From Macrostomum lignano (lineage: Eukaryota): a stretch of DNA of 64,000 nt. A model generated the notes under the pieces. That model did not search any database and was not told the origin of the DNA. It saw nothing but the letters and a program-made list of their open reading frames with translations. This document shows positions 49,955-63,084 of this stretch, one piece after another; within the stretch, counting starts at the first letter, position 1; each line of letters opens with the position of its first letter. The translations under genes were made by a program, and so were the position numbers. The stretch spans positions 372,001 to 436,000 of the forward strand of contig NIVC01000215.1 in the NCBI GenBank assembly GCA_002269645.1, written 5' to 3'.

Positions 49955-52037
49955 TCAGATATTATACCAGTCGAGTTGAGTCATGTCGTATGACCACTGA
50001 TTGGTGCGCATTATGTCTCCAAGCAGTCGGCACAGGTGTCCATAGTCTGGCTCGTCCATGTAGCGTAGGTTCAAAGTGTAGTCAAGGAACTGCACCTGAA
50101 TGATTGTATTAGGCTGCATTATTGTATTTAGCTCACTGAACTTGATGAAAAACTTGTTCATGAACTAGCTATGCCCATTCTGCTGGCACCTGAGCACGCA
50201 CAAGCGCGCAGAGACTTACGCTGAGCTGTTTACTGACTGAGCTACTCTGCTTATAAATACTCACCATCTGATGGCAGAGATCTTTGCGCAGTTCAGCAGC
50301 CTTCGGTCCCGACGTGTAATCAGTTTTGACCTGTCTAACCGCTTCGTCCAAGCTCAGCCCCATCTCTTTGTACTTTAAGCCCTGCCAGGGTAGGTGACCT
50401 TTGATAAAGTAGATCAGTATGTAAGCCAAGGAGATGAGGTCATCTCGGCGTGACAAAGATAGTTTGTTGTGCGCGTTCAAACTGCAGTAGCGAGGCGTGC
50501 CGACCAAACTGCGCTCCTTCAGCATGGGGTTGTGCTGGCCATTCGGCATCCGATAGGTGATGGCCAGGCCAAAGTCGATGATGTACAGCGTGTTGGACGT
50601 TTTACCGACGCCCATTAGGAAATTGTCGGGTTTGATGTCTCTGCCAATGGAATGCAACACATATAATCAGATAGTTAGACAACATTGGCAAGTAGGTAGA
50701 TAGTTAGGTAGGTATAAGGCAGGGAGGTAAGTTAATTTGCAAATCGATATGTAGGTAAACAGGTGTCCCACACCAGAGCTAACGGCAATTCTGCCCATTC
50801 CGCGGACTCCTGAGCAGGCACACAAGCGCGCCAATACTGCACGCATGGGCATGCACGCACTCATACACTCGCTCACACAGGGTGTACAACGGCACTGACT
50901 TTCTAATCGTCAGGCAGTCTCCAGGTAGGTAGGCACATGTAGGCAATCAGTTAGACAGACAGCTTGTTCTAAAGCTAGGCCTAATAAGAAGGGGGGCCGT
51001 AGCCCAGCGGTAGCGCAGCTGCTCTGGTGTGCCAGCGACCCAGGCTTGATTCCAAGCGCAGTCACATTAATTTGGGGCTGAATTGGAATCTCGGCTTGGC
51101 TCTGCTCGTGCAATTAACGGCCTTGAGAGCCAACCCCCCAAGGCGCAGTGAAGTGTACATGACTAACGATAAATAAAGTTAGGGCCGCTGTACACTCCTG
51201 TGTGAGTGTGTGCCTGCGTACGTATCCGCGCGCTTGTGTGCCTGCTCAGGGGAGTCGGCGGAATGGGCAGTAATGCCTCTTGCCGGTTGTGTGCCAATGT
51301 CGCTCAAAGTGCGCCAGGGTGCACACAACCCCCCCTGCCTCTAATAAAAAATAGGCCTAATAAGATCTCTTAAGTATCGTTTAATCAGCACACTACGCTG
51401 TCTCACCTATGCAGGCACAGCTGCGAGTGTAGCGCTCTTAGTCGCACAATCATCTGCAGTCCCAGAATGCAGGCCGTTCTCAAGCAGAATCTGCCGCCGC
51501 AATAAGATTTGAGCTCTTCCAGATCCGGACCGAGCAGATCCATCACCAGCAGGGTGTAGGTGTTCAGCTTAGTGTAGAAATGCACGGCCGGAATACCTGT
51601 GACACTGCGAAGTTTCAACAGGTAGCCCTTCTCTCTGGACAGAGTTCTCTCTTTGCCGTGACTGTGGGTCTCCCGCTTCACCGCCACCGATTGCGTCTCG
51701 CATTTGATGTCGACAGCTCTGTAGACGTCGCCAAAAGTTCCGGAGCCGAGTCGCTCAATAATTCGCCATCTGTCGTTGACCATCTCTTTGAGCATGCAGT
51801 TTTGCTGCTGATGCTGCTGCTGCTGATGCTGCTGCTGCATCTGCAGCTGCTGTTGCTGCTCATGGATATTGTCAACTGCGATCGACATTCCAACAGCTGC
51901 TGGGCTATTATTAGCCAAAATATTTTTGCCGCCGCCGCCGCTATTAGAAGGAAGATTTGTTGCGTCTCGATGTTGCTTCTGCTTTTGTTGGCTTTCAAAA
52001 TTTCTTCTTTTGCCGGCGGCGCTTTTAGCGGAGCGCA
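49955..52037 (-). CDS. Casein kinase 1-family Ser/Thr kinase, divergent, poly-Gln N-terminus, no C-terminal tail
   Basis: Exons 52037-51407 (first in-frame ATG 51888; a further 5' exon is possible), 50640-50265 and 50095-49955. Motifs LGSGTFGDVY, VAVKRE, MDLLGPDLEEL, HRDIKPDNFL, IIDFGLA, GTPRYCSLNAH, SRRDDL and PDYGHL. Confidence 0.92.
50990..51351 (+). mobile_element. Full-length tRNA-derived SINE (second family), 362 bp, with 14-bp target-site duplication
   Basis: A-box TAGCCCAGCGG, B-box-like GGCTTGATTCC and an A-rich tail, flanked by TAGGCCTAATAAGA at 50976-50989 and 51352-51365. Confidence 0.8.
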
Positions 52038-52474
52038 CTGGGAGTAGACTTATTTTCCCTATTTGAGCTGGGCTGACTTTTAATTCCCTAAATCTATGGT
52101 GGCAATAGAAAACTAATCTACAGTATAGCTTACAGATAACTTATTTTGGCAAGACTTTCTTGCTTCGTTTGGAATATAATATAAAATATAAGCTGGATTT
52201 TGCCTACTGCAGAAGCTGCTACTGCGTTAGTCAGTTGGACTCAACTTAAATAAAGTCTTTGCCAATTAGTCAGTGCGTTCAATGGGAATCGCTTGCCTAG
52301 GGGGAAAACTTAGTATGATATTATATTATGCTTTTGTCTATGGCCGAATGGTGCGAATGTCTCACACAGCATATGGAAACATCTTTCTTCAACTTGATAA
52401 TTTAAATTAATTTGCAAAAGTACATGAGAATATTCTAGAACTATATTACAGTATATATTTTGTAACTAATGAAC

Positions 52475-53075
<601 letters not shown>

Positions 53076-53163
53076 GCCTGCCTGTCACCTATCAATACTT
53101 CACCCTATTCCCACTAAAAGCCGATTTGCAGGCCCCAGCACCGCCGCCAGCACACCAACTCGC

Positions 53164-56100
53164 ATGGGCAGTCGTTACTCGCACCTGCCAGCAGCTCCGG
53201 CCAGCCTGCAGAGCCGCTACTTCTGTCTGACATTCCGAGCGCCAGACAGGATCAGCCTGATCGCCAGCAGCCAGGACACTCTGGAACTGATTCGGTCAGC
53301 CATTGCTGAAGCCTACAAACCCGGCATCCGGTTTGAATACGACGACCACGGCTCGTGGAGCATCATCCTGGCCGGCTGTCCGTTCAAAATTGGTTCCAGT
53401 CGAAGCGAGGCAATCGCTGGCAAACTGGCTGGCATTGCAATTCTGCGCAGGTTGCTCAGCAGAGGCTGGCGAGCCGTTGTGAGCTCCGATCTCTGCCGGT
53501 CAAACGATTTAGGCACCTGGTTCTTTTCCCGAACTGAACCAGGTGTAGACTTTGCCGATGAGAGCGACAGAACCAGCTCCATCTGCTGCTTGGCCTTGTC
53601 AAGCAGCGATCGACTCCAGCTGATCGGTTTCCCGGCCAGTTTAACACCCAGAGTAGTCGAGCGCATCCGTCAGGAGTGGAGCTGCGGTGTGCAGCGCGGA
53701 CCCGAGGCTGTGTGCAATGGACAGGCTGTGGAATTGAAATTGCACGGCAATCCATGGTTAGCAACTAACTTATTGTGGAGCTGATGTGTCCGATTTCAGT
53801 TTAGATAAAGTACAGATGGATTAGGGCAGCAGTGTGAGATGAGGGTTCTTGCTGTGTGACAGTTGAGAGTCCCAGCTGTGTGACACTACGAGCTAGAGAG
53901 TCCAAGCTGTGTGACAGTAGAGAGTCCCAGCTGTGTGACACTACGAGCTAGAGAGTCCAAGCTGTGTGACAGTTGAGAGTCCCAGCTGTGTGACACTAGA
54001 GAGTCTCAGCTGTGTGACACTAGAGAGTCTCAGCTGTGTGACACTAGAGAGTCCTAGCTGTGTGACACTAGAGAGTCCTAGCTGTGTGACACTAGAGAGT
54101 CCCAGCTGTGTGACAGTTGAGAGTCCCAGCTGTGTGACACTAGAGAGTCCTAGCTGTGTGACACTAGAGAGTCCCAACTGTGTGACAGTTGAGAGTCCCA
54201 GCTGTGTGACAGTTGAGAGTCCCAGCTGTGTGACACTAGAGAGTCCTAGCTGTGTGACACTAGAGAGTCTCAGCTGTGTGACACTAGAGAGTCCCAGCTG
54301 TGTGACACTAGAGAGTCCCAGCTGTGTGACACTAGAGAGTCCCAGCTGTGTGACACTAGAGAGTCCTAGCTGTGTGACACTAGAGAGCCCAGCTGTGTGA
54401 CACTAGAGAGTCCTAGCTGTGTGACACTAGAGAGTCCCAGCTGTGTGACAGTTGAGAGTCCCAGCTGTGTGACACTAGAGAGTCCCACTGTGTGACACTA
54501 GAGAGTCCCAGCTGTGTGACACTAGAGAGTCCCAGCTGTGTGACACTAGAGAGTCCCAGCTGTGTGACACTAGAGAGTCCTAGCTGTGTGACACTAGAGA
54601 GTCCCAGCTGTGTGACACTAGAGAGTCCCAGCTGTGTGACACTAGAGAGTCCCAGCTGTGTGACACTAGAGAGTCCCAGCTGTGTGACACTAGAGAGTCC
54701 CAGCTGTGTGACACTAGAGAGTCCCAGCTGTGTGACACTAGAGAGTCCCAGCTGTGTGACACTAGAGAGTCCCAGCTGTGTGACACTAGAGAGTCCCAGC
54801 TGTGTGACAGTTGAGAGTCCCAGCTGTGTGACATTTGAGAGAGTTCCAGCTGTGTGACACTAGAGAGTCCCAGCTGTGTGACACTAGAGAGCCCCAGCTG
54901 TGTGACAGTTGAGAGTCCCAGCTGTGTGACAGTTGAGAGTCCTAGCTGTGTGACACTAGAGAGTCCTAGCTGTGTGACACTAGAGAGCCCCAGCTGTGTG
55001 ACAGTTGAGAGTCCCAGCTGTGTGACACTAGAGAGTCCTAGCTGTGTGACACTAGAGAGTCCTAGCTGTGTGACACTAGAGAGTCCTAGCTGTGTGACAC
55101 TAGAGAGTCCCAGCTGTGTGACACTAGAGAGTCCCAGCTGTGTGACAGTTGAGAGTCCCAGCTGTGTGACACTAGAGAGTCCCAGCTGTGTGACACTAGA
55201 GAGTCCTAGCTGTGTGACACTAGAGAGTCCCAGCTGTGTGACACTAGAGAGTCCCAGCTGTGTGACACTAGAGAGTCCCAGCTGTGTGACACTAGAGAGT
55301 CCCAGCTGTGTGACACTAGAGAGTCCCAGCTGTGTGACAGTTGAGAGTCCCAGCTGTGTGACAGTTGAGAGTCGTAGCTGTGTGACATTTGAGAGAGTTC
55401 CAGCTGTGTGACACTAGAGAGTCCCAGCTGTGTGACACTAGAGAGCCCCAGCTGTGTGACAGTTGAGAGTCCCAGCTGTGTGACAGTTGAGAGTCCCAGC
55501 TGTGTGACACTAGAGAGTCCTAGCTGTGTGACACTAGAGAGCCCCAGCTGTGTGACAGTTGAGAGTCCCAGCTGTGTGACACTAGAGAGTCCTAGCTGTG
55601 TGACACTAGAGAGTCCCAGCTGTGTGACACTAGAGAGTCCTAGCTGTGTGACACTAGAGAGTCCCAGCTGTGTGACACTAGAGAGTCCCAGCTGTGTGAC
55701 ACTAGAGAGTCTCAGCTGTGTGACACTAGAGAGTCCTAGCTGTGTGACACTAGAGAGTCCCAGCTGTGTGACAGTTGAGAGTCCCAGCTGTGTGACACTA
55801 GAGAGTCCCAGCTGTGTGACACTAGAGAGCCCCAGCTGTGTGACAGTTGAGAGTCCCAGCTGTGTGACACTAGAGAGTCCCAGCTGTGTGACACTAGAGA
55901 GTCCTAGCTGTGTGACACTAGAGAGTCCTAGCTGTGTGACACTAGAGAGTCCCAGCTGTGTGACACTAGAGAGTCCCAGCTGTGTGACAGTTGAGAGTCC
56001 TAGCTGTGTGACACTAGAGAGTCCCAGCTGTGTGACACTAGAGAGTCCCAGCTGTGTGACACTAGAGAGTCCCAGCTGTGTGACACTAGAGAGTCCCAGC

Positions 56101-59100
56101 TGTGTGACACTAGAGAGTCCCAGCTGTGTGACACTAGAGAGTCCCAGCTGTGTGACACTAGAGAGTCCCAGCTGTGTGACAGTTGAGAGTCCCAGCTGTG
56201 TGACATTTGAGAGAGTTCCAGCTGTGTGACATTTGAGAGAGTTCCAGCTGTGTGACATTTGAGAGAGTTCCAGCTGTGTGACAGTTGAGACTCCCAGCTG
56301 TGTGACAGTTGAGAGTCCCAGCTGTGTGACAGTTGAGAGTCCAAGCTGTGTGACATTTGAGAGAGTTCCAGCTGTGTGACAGTTGAGAGTCCCAGCTGTG
56401 TGACACTAGAGAGTTCCAGCTGTGTGAGACTAGAGAGTCCTAGCTGTGTGAGACTAGAGAGTCTCAGCTGTGTGGCACTAGAGAGTCCTAGTTATGTGAC
56501 ACTAGAGAGTCCCAGCTGTGTGACAGTTGAGAGTCCCAGCCGTGTGACACTAGAGAGTCCCAGCTGTGTGACACTAGAGAGTCCCAGTTGTGTGACACTA
56601 GAGAGTCCCAGCTGTGTGACACTAGAGAGTCCTAGCTGTGTGACACTAGAGAGTCCCAGCTGTGTGACACTAGAGAGTCCCAGCTGTGTGACACTAGAGA
56701 GTCCTAGCTGTGTGACACTAGAGAGTCCCAGCTGTGTGACACTAGAGAGTTCCAGCTGTGTGACACTAGAGAGTCCTAGCTGTGTGACTATATAGCCAGC
56801 CATCTTACTCAGATCCTCAACCTAACCACTAAATTTCAAGGCTGGCTTCCGAGCAGGAAGCGGTGGAGGCCCGGCAAATGCTTCTTGCCATTGTTCGCGA
56901 GATGCACAGGTGGGGTTGCCGGCTGTACCTGTCTAGCAGTCTGAAGGATACAACCGACAGTTTGTTTTTTCTGTGCCCACGGCGACTCAAGCCGCCAGTT
57001 GAGCAGCTGCAGGCTACCGAGATGTTCGTGCTCAGCCTCAACAGGCGTGATCGGTTGAGACTGATGGGCACTTCGGAGCAGTCAGAGGTTGAAGACAAAG
57101 ACTGCAACCAACTGATGGACGTCATTAGAGAGTGTGTGCTAAACTACTGGCCTAAGGGTGAGTCTACGATCAATATTGATTTGAATATTTATTTAATTAT
57201 TTTGTTTAAATACTTTGTCTAGAAGATCAGATTTTAATTGGCTGAAAAAGTTATGTAAATTTTAGAAAGATTAATTGGGTTGGGCGATATTCTCATATGC
57301 GATCTTATACATCATCTCATAGGAGATTTCAGATCTCATAGTTAATCTTATAGCCAACCTGATTGGAAATCTTACAGGTGATCTCATAGCAAATCTCACA
57401 GGTGGTCTCATAGCAAATCTCATAGCAAATCTCACAGGTGGTCTCATAGCAAATCTCACAGATGGTCTCATAGCAAGTCTCATAGCAAATCTCACAGGTG
57501 GTCTCATAGCAAATCTCACGGGTGGTCTCATAGCAAATCTCACAGGTGGTCTCATAGCAAATCTCACGGGTGGTCTCATAGCAAATCTCATAGCAAATCT
57601 CACAGGTGGTCTCATAGCAAATCAAACGCACTAACGCCGCAGGGCTCCGTCAAGAGCGCGACTGGTACGGAGCTCGAGAACTGCACCTGACCGGCTCGCC
57701 CTGGTGGACCGAAGGCTCCGACTCGGTGCACAGCCGCCTTCTGATCACCCTGCTGCTGCAGCGACTTCGCCAAATCGGCTGGCGAGTTGTCGAAACTGTC
57801 GACGTTTGTCGCCGACTGAGCGACAAGTCGATTCTGCTGTTCGAGAGGTCGCCGCCCAGATCGACGCTACACTGCTGCATATCGTTGAACGGCACCTCCT
57901 TGTTGCGGTTCATCAACGCTCCGGAGGATGTCGTATCGGCGATGCAGCAGGTTGTGTCCGACAACTATGCCAGGGGAATTAAAAGCGAGAAGATTTACGC
58001 CGGCTATCATCAGGTAACCGTTTCTGTAACTGTCTGTAATGGTTTCTGTAATTGTCTGTAATGGTTTCTGTAATTGTCTGTAATGGTTTCTGTAATTGTC
58101 TGTAATGGTTTCTGTAACTCTCTGTAATGGTTTCTGTAACTGTCTGTAATGGTTTCTGTAACTGTCTGTAATGGTTTCTGTAATTGTCTGTAATGGTTTC
58201 TGTAATTGTCTGTAATGGTTTCTGTAATTGTCTGTAATGGTTTCTGTAATTGTCTGTAATGGTTTCTGTAATTGTCTGTCATGGCTTCTGTAATTGTCTG
58301 TAATGGTTTCTGTAATTGTCTGTAATGGTTTCTGTAATTGTCTGTCATGGCTTCTGTAATTGTCTGTAATGGTTTCTGTAATTGTCTGTAATGGTTTCTG
58401 TAATTGTGTGTAATGGTTTCTGTAATTGTCTGTAATGGTTTCTGTAATTGTGTGTAATGGTTTCTGTAATTGTCTGTAATGGTTTCTGTAATTGTCTGTA
58501 ATGGTTTCTGTAATTGTGTGTAATGGTTTCTGTAATTGTCTGTAATGGTTTCTGTAATTGTGTGTAATGGTTTCTGTAATTGTCTGTAATGGTTTCTGTA
58601 ACTGTCTGTCATGGTTTCTGTAATTGTCTGTATTGGCTTCTGTAATTGTCTGTAATTGTTTCTGTAATTGTCTGTAATGGTTTCTGTAATTGTGTGTAAT
58701 GGTTTCTGTAATTGTCTGTAATGGTTTCTGTAATTGTCTGTAATGGTTTCTGTAATTGTCTGTATTGGTTTCTGTATTTGTCTGTAATGGTTTCTGTAAT
58801 TGTCTGTAATGGTTTCTGTAATTGTCTGTAATGGTTTCTGTAATTGTCTGTATTGGTTTCTGTAATTGTCTGTATTGGTTTCTGTAATTGTCTGTATTGG
58901 TTTCTGTATTTGTCTGTAATGGTTTCTGTAATTGTCTGTAATGGTTTCTGTAATTGTCTGTAATGGTTTCTGTAATTGTCTGTATTGGTTTCTGTAATTG
59001 TCTGTAATGGTTTTTGTAATTGTCTAATGGTTTCTGTAATTGTCTGTAATAGTTTCTGTAATTGTGTGTAATGGTTTCTGTAATTGTCTGTAATGGTTTT

Positions 59101-59671
59101 TCTAATTATCTGTAAACGTTTCTGTAATTGTCTGTAATGGTTTCTGTAATTGTCTGTAATGGTTTCTGTAATTGTCTGTATTGGTTTTTGTAATTGTCTG
59201 TAATGGTTTCTGTAATTGTCTGTAATAGTTTCTGTAATTGTGTGCAATGGTTTCTGTAATTGTCTGTAATGGTTTTTGTAATTATCTGTAAACGTTTCTG
59301 TAATTTTTCGTAATCCTTTCTGTAATTGTCTTCAATCGCCTCTGTAATCGTCTGTTACCATGTCTGTAATTGTCTGTAATATTCTGTAACCGTCACTTCA
59401 CCTCTCTCACTCGCTTCTCGCCACCCGGCAGATTCACCTCCGAGGGCAGCCCTGGTCGGCCTTCAGCGGCAACGATCACATGCTCGGCCGACACCTCATG
59501 CTGGCCGTGCTCAGCGCCATGCGCCAGGACCTCGGCTGGTCTCTGGTCTGCTCTGCCGACGTGTCCGCAAAGTACCATCACTCGGACAGCGGGCAGGACT
59601 ATCCACTGGACGTTCACAGCTGGTGGTTTGCTGCACCTGCGGCCAGCTTGGGGAATAACTGCGTTGGTTAG
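53164..59671 (+). CDS. Uncharacterised protein built from four ~120-aa internal repeats, about 506 aa, 4 exons (a further 5' exon is possible)
   Basis: Exons 53164-53756, 56841-57157, 57643-58013 and 59432-59671 are phase-consistent. Recurring motifs are DR(I/L)xL, (W/Y)xxG(I/V/L), LxGxP(W/F), GWxxxxSxD and (W/L)(F/W)F, ending in [10 protein letters not shown]. An acceptor at 53131 precedes the ATG. Confidence 0.85.
53850..56790 (+). repeat. 24-bp minisatellite (GAGAGTCCCAGCTGTGTGACACTA)n, about 2.9 kb
   Basis: About 120 copies filling intron 1 of the repeat-protein gene. Confidence 0.97.
57320..57620 (+). repeat. 24-bp minisatellite (CTCATAGCAAATCTCACAGGTGGT)n
   Basis: About 12 copies in intron 2. 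Confidence 0.9.
58015..59390 (+). repeat. 22-bp minisatellite (TAATGGTTTCTGTAATTGTCTG)n, a dimer of 11-mers
   Basis: About 60 copies, beginning at the donor GT of intron 3. Confidence 0.95.
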
Positions 59672-59729
59672 GGTCGGATTTTGGCGAGTTAGAGTTGGTC
59701 CCGAATTCCCACGGATGAGCTGAGATCAT

Positions 59730-60745
59730 GAGACTTTTACCTGGTCACTGATCATTTCTGGAGATTTTACCTGGTCACTGATCATTTCTGAAGATTCTAC
59801 CTGGTCACTGATCATTTCTGAAGATTCTACCTGGTCACTGATCATTTCTGAAGATTTTACCTGGTCACTGATCATTTCTGGAGATTCTACCTGGTCACTG
59901 ATCATTTCTGGAGATTCTACCTGGTCACTGATCATTTCTGAAGATTCTACCTGGTCACTGATCATTTCTAGAGATTTTACCTGGTCACTGATCATTTCTG
60001 GAGATTCTACCTGGTCACTGATCATTTCTGATATTTTATCTGGTCACTGATCATTTCTGGAGATTCTACCTGGTCACTGATCATTTCTGATATTTTATCT
60101 GGTCACTGATCATTTCTGGAGATTCTACCTGGTCACTGATCATTTCTGAAGATTTTACCTGGTCACTGATCATTTCTGATATTTTACCTGGTCACTGATC
60201 ATTTCTGAAGATTCTACCTGGTCACTGATCATTTCTGAAGATTCTACCTGGTCACTGATCATTTCTGAAGATTCTACCTGGTCACTGATCATTTCTGAAG
60301 ATTTTACCTGGTCACTGATCATTTCTGGAGATTCTACCTGGTCACTGATCATTTCTGAAGATTCTACCTGGTCACTGATCATTTCTGGAGATTCTACCTG
60401 GTCACTGATCATTTCTGATATTTTATCTGGTCACTGATCATTTCTGGAGATTCTACCTGGTCACTGATCATTTCTGATATTTTATCTGGTCACTGATCAT
60501 TTCTGGAGATTCTACCTGGTCACTGATCATTTCTGAAGATTTTACCTGGTCACTGATCATTTCTGGAGATTTTACCTGGTCACTGATCATTTCTGAAGAT
60601 TTTACCTGGTCACTGATCATTTCTGGAGATTTTACCTGGTCACTGATCATTTCTGGAGATTCTACCTGGTCACTGATCATTTCTGGAGATTCTACCTGGT
60701 CACTGATCATTTCTGATATTTTATCTGGTCACTGATCATTTCTGA
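59730..60745 (+). repeat. 30-bp minisatellite (CTGGTCACTGATCATTTCTGAAGATTCTAC)n
   Basis: About 34 copies starting about 60 bp after the stop codon. Confidence 0.95.
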
Positions 60746-61384
60746 TTAAGTCTTACTCTAAACGATATAGTCACTTTGTCGTTTTTACGTGAGTAAAGCC
60801 TTTTTAATGGCGCAGGTAATTATTAATATTAAAATGTTTAAAGAGATTATTTTAGTAACAAGTATTGATAATATGTATTGATGTAAAATCATTTTTGCTT
60901 GAACCAATATTTTATTCAAATTTGAGGCTTTTTCTTTCGCTTTAGCAAAACAAATCGAGAACCGATTATTATTTTTACTATTTTCACTTCAGAATTTCCA
61001 CCCTCATTCCGAATGGCATATAGATGCAAGGTTTTGTTTTAAAACAATTTTTATAATTTTGTTCTGACATAATAAAATGTTGTTTTCTTTTATCAGTTTG
61101 CTTTCTTCTGGATTTTTCAATTTTTAACAATATTTTTTTCTGCTTTTATGGCAACCGTATTTATGCTTTATTAGCTTTTGCTGCTCTGCACTGCACTTTA
61201 AAATATATAATCAACGCAATTTCAATCTTAGCTAGCATAGCGTTATAACAAAATGTATTTAGTGGCTGAAATTTTGGTTAATATATTTTAAATTGCTTTT
61301 TTCTTCATCGCAAACCGAGTGTTTTTTCTTGTTTATTTATTTACTTGGTTTAATAGGTATTTACGCGTTGTTATGACAATGTGA

Positions 61385-61765
61385 AACTCACTCAAAAACT
61401 CACTCATGAACTCACTCATGAACTCACTCATAAACTCACTCACGAACTCACTCAAAAACTCACTCATGAACTCACTCATGAACTCACTCATGAGCTCACT
61501 CATGAACTCACTCATAAACTCACTCATGAACTCACTCATAAACTCACTCATGAACTCACTTAAAAACTCACTCATGAACTCACTCATAAACTCACTCATA
61601 AACTCACTCATGAGCTCACTCATAAACTCACTCATAAAATCACTCATAAAATCACTCATAAACTCACTCATGAACTCACCCATAAACTCACTCATAAACT
61701 TAACTCATGAACTCACTCATGAACTCATAAACTCACTCATAAACTCACCCATGAACTCAGTCATG
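61385..61765 (+). repeat. 12-bp minisatellite (AACTCACTCATG/A)n
   Basis: About 31 copies upstream of PPIP5K. Confidence 0.92.
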
Positions 61766-61918
61766 AATTGAGTTTAGCGCAACAATACTAGCAGGATAAA
61801 TCTAACAATTATTGAATACTACAGATTCATAGTTTATTATCCTGATTCTCCTCCGCATTTCCTAGAAAGCACTGCCCGCAACGCCGTACTGATCGTACAA
61901 GCATCTCAGTCGACGTAC

Positions 61919-62403
61919 ATGGCGTCAGCGGAGGCCGGCAGTCCTCGGTCGCCAATTCGCCTGGGCCTATGCGCCATGGCCAAGAAGGCCAAGTCGAAAC
62001 CCATGACTGCCATTCTCACTCGATTGAGCAGGAAATTTGGACATATTCGAATACTGGTATTCGAAGAGCGCGATATTCTTGAGCAACCGGTTGAGGCTTG
62101 GCCAGTTGTGGATGCCCTGATATCGTTCTATTCTCACGGCTTCCCGCTGGAGAAGGTGGCTCAGTATGCGGAACTGAGAAAACCATTTCTGGTCAACGAT
62201 TTGATATCGCAGCGACTGCTCATGAATAGGCAGAAGGTATGATTGTTGTCAATTGAGGGTCTAATCGATTGATTGTTTGATTGATTGATTGATTGATTGA
62301 CTGATGACTGACTGACTGACTGATTGATAGACTTATGATTGGTTGATTGACTGACTGACTGACTGATTGATTGATTGATTGATTGTTTAACTGACTGACA
62401 GAC

Positions 62404-62457
<54 letters not shown>

Positions 62458-63076
62458 TTTGATTTACTGATTGATTGATTAGTTGATTTGGATTATCAAT
62501 TGGTTAGAATTATCGATCGGTTGAATTATCGATTGGTTGAATTATCGATTGGTTGAATTATCGATTGTTTGAATTATCGATTGGTTGAATAAATTACTGA
62601 TTGGTTTCAGTTATCGATTAGTTGAATTATTGATTGGTTCGTTAGATGGTTAATTGATTGATTTATTGATTGGTTAAACCCCGAGACCGCAGATTAGCAA
62701 TCCTATCATGTAAAAGTACCTCAAAAATTCCCTTCAACAGGTGTACGAACGACTTCGCGAACGGGAAATCCCAGTCGTTCGCTACGCCGTCTGTCATCGA
62801 GGCGACGCCGGCGACGATGACGCTCTATTGGAAGCCGAAGATCACATCGTACTAAACGGCGTCACCTTCAACAAGCCGTTTGTTGAGAAGCCGCTGGACG
62901 CGGACGATCACAATATTCGAATTTATTTTCCCAGCACGGCTGGCGGCGGCTCCGTCCGGCTGTTCCGCAAGGTGGGCAACTGCAGCAGCGTCTACCATCA
63001 GCAGGAGAGCCGCGTGCGGCGGCTGGGCAGCTTCGTGTATGAGGAGTTCATGGCTACGGATGGCGCTGACATCAAG
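61919..63076 (+). CDS. PPIP5K: Inositol hexakisphosphate/diphosphoinositol-pentakisphosphate kinase (PPIP5K/VIP1), first two coding exons; continues beyond the window
   Basis: Exons 61919-62236 and 62741-63076. Motifs [70 protein letters not shown] and [13 protein letters not shown] match the N-terminal ATP-grasp kinase domain. Confidence 0.96.
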
Positions 63077-63084
63077 GTAATGCG

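Noticed and set aside
53850-56790. Regular 24-bp repeats resembling a CRISPR array, and long VTLESPSC ORFs
   Set aside because: The units are head-to-tail with no unique spacers, there are no cas genes, and the array is a spliceosomal intron. The ORFs arise from a stop-free unit whose length is divisible by 3.
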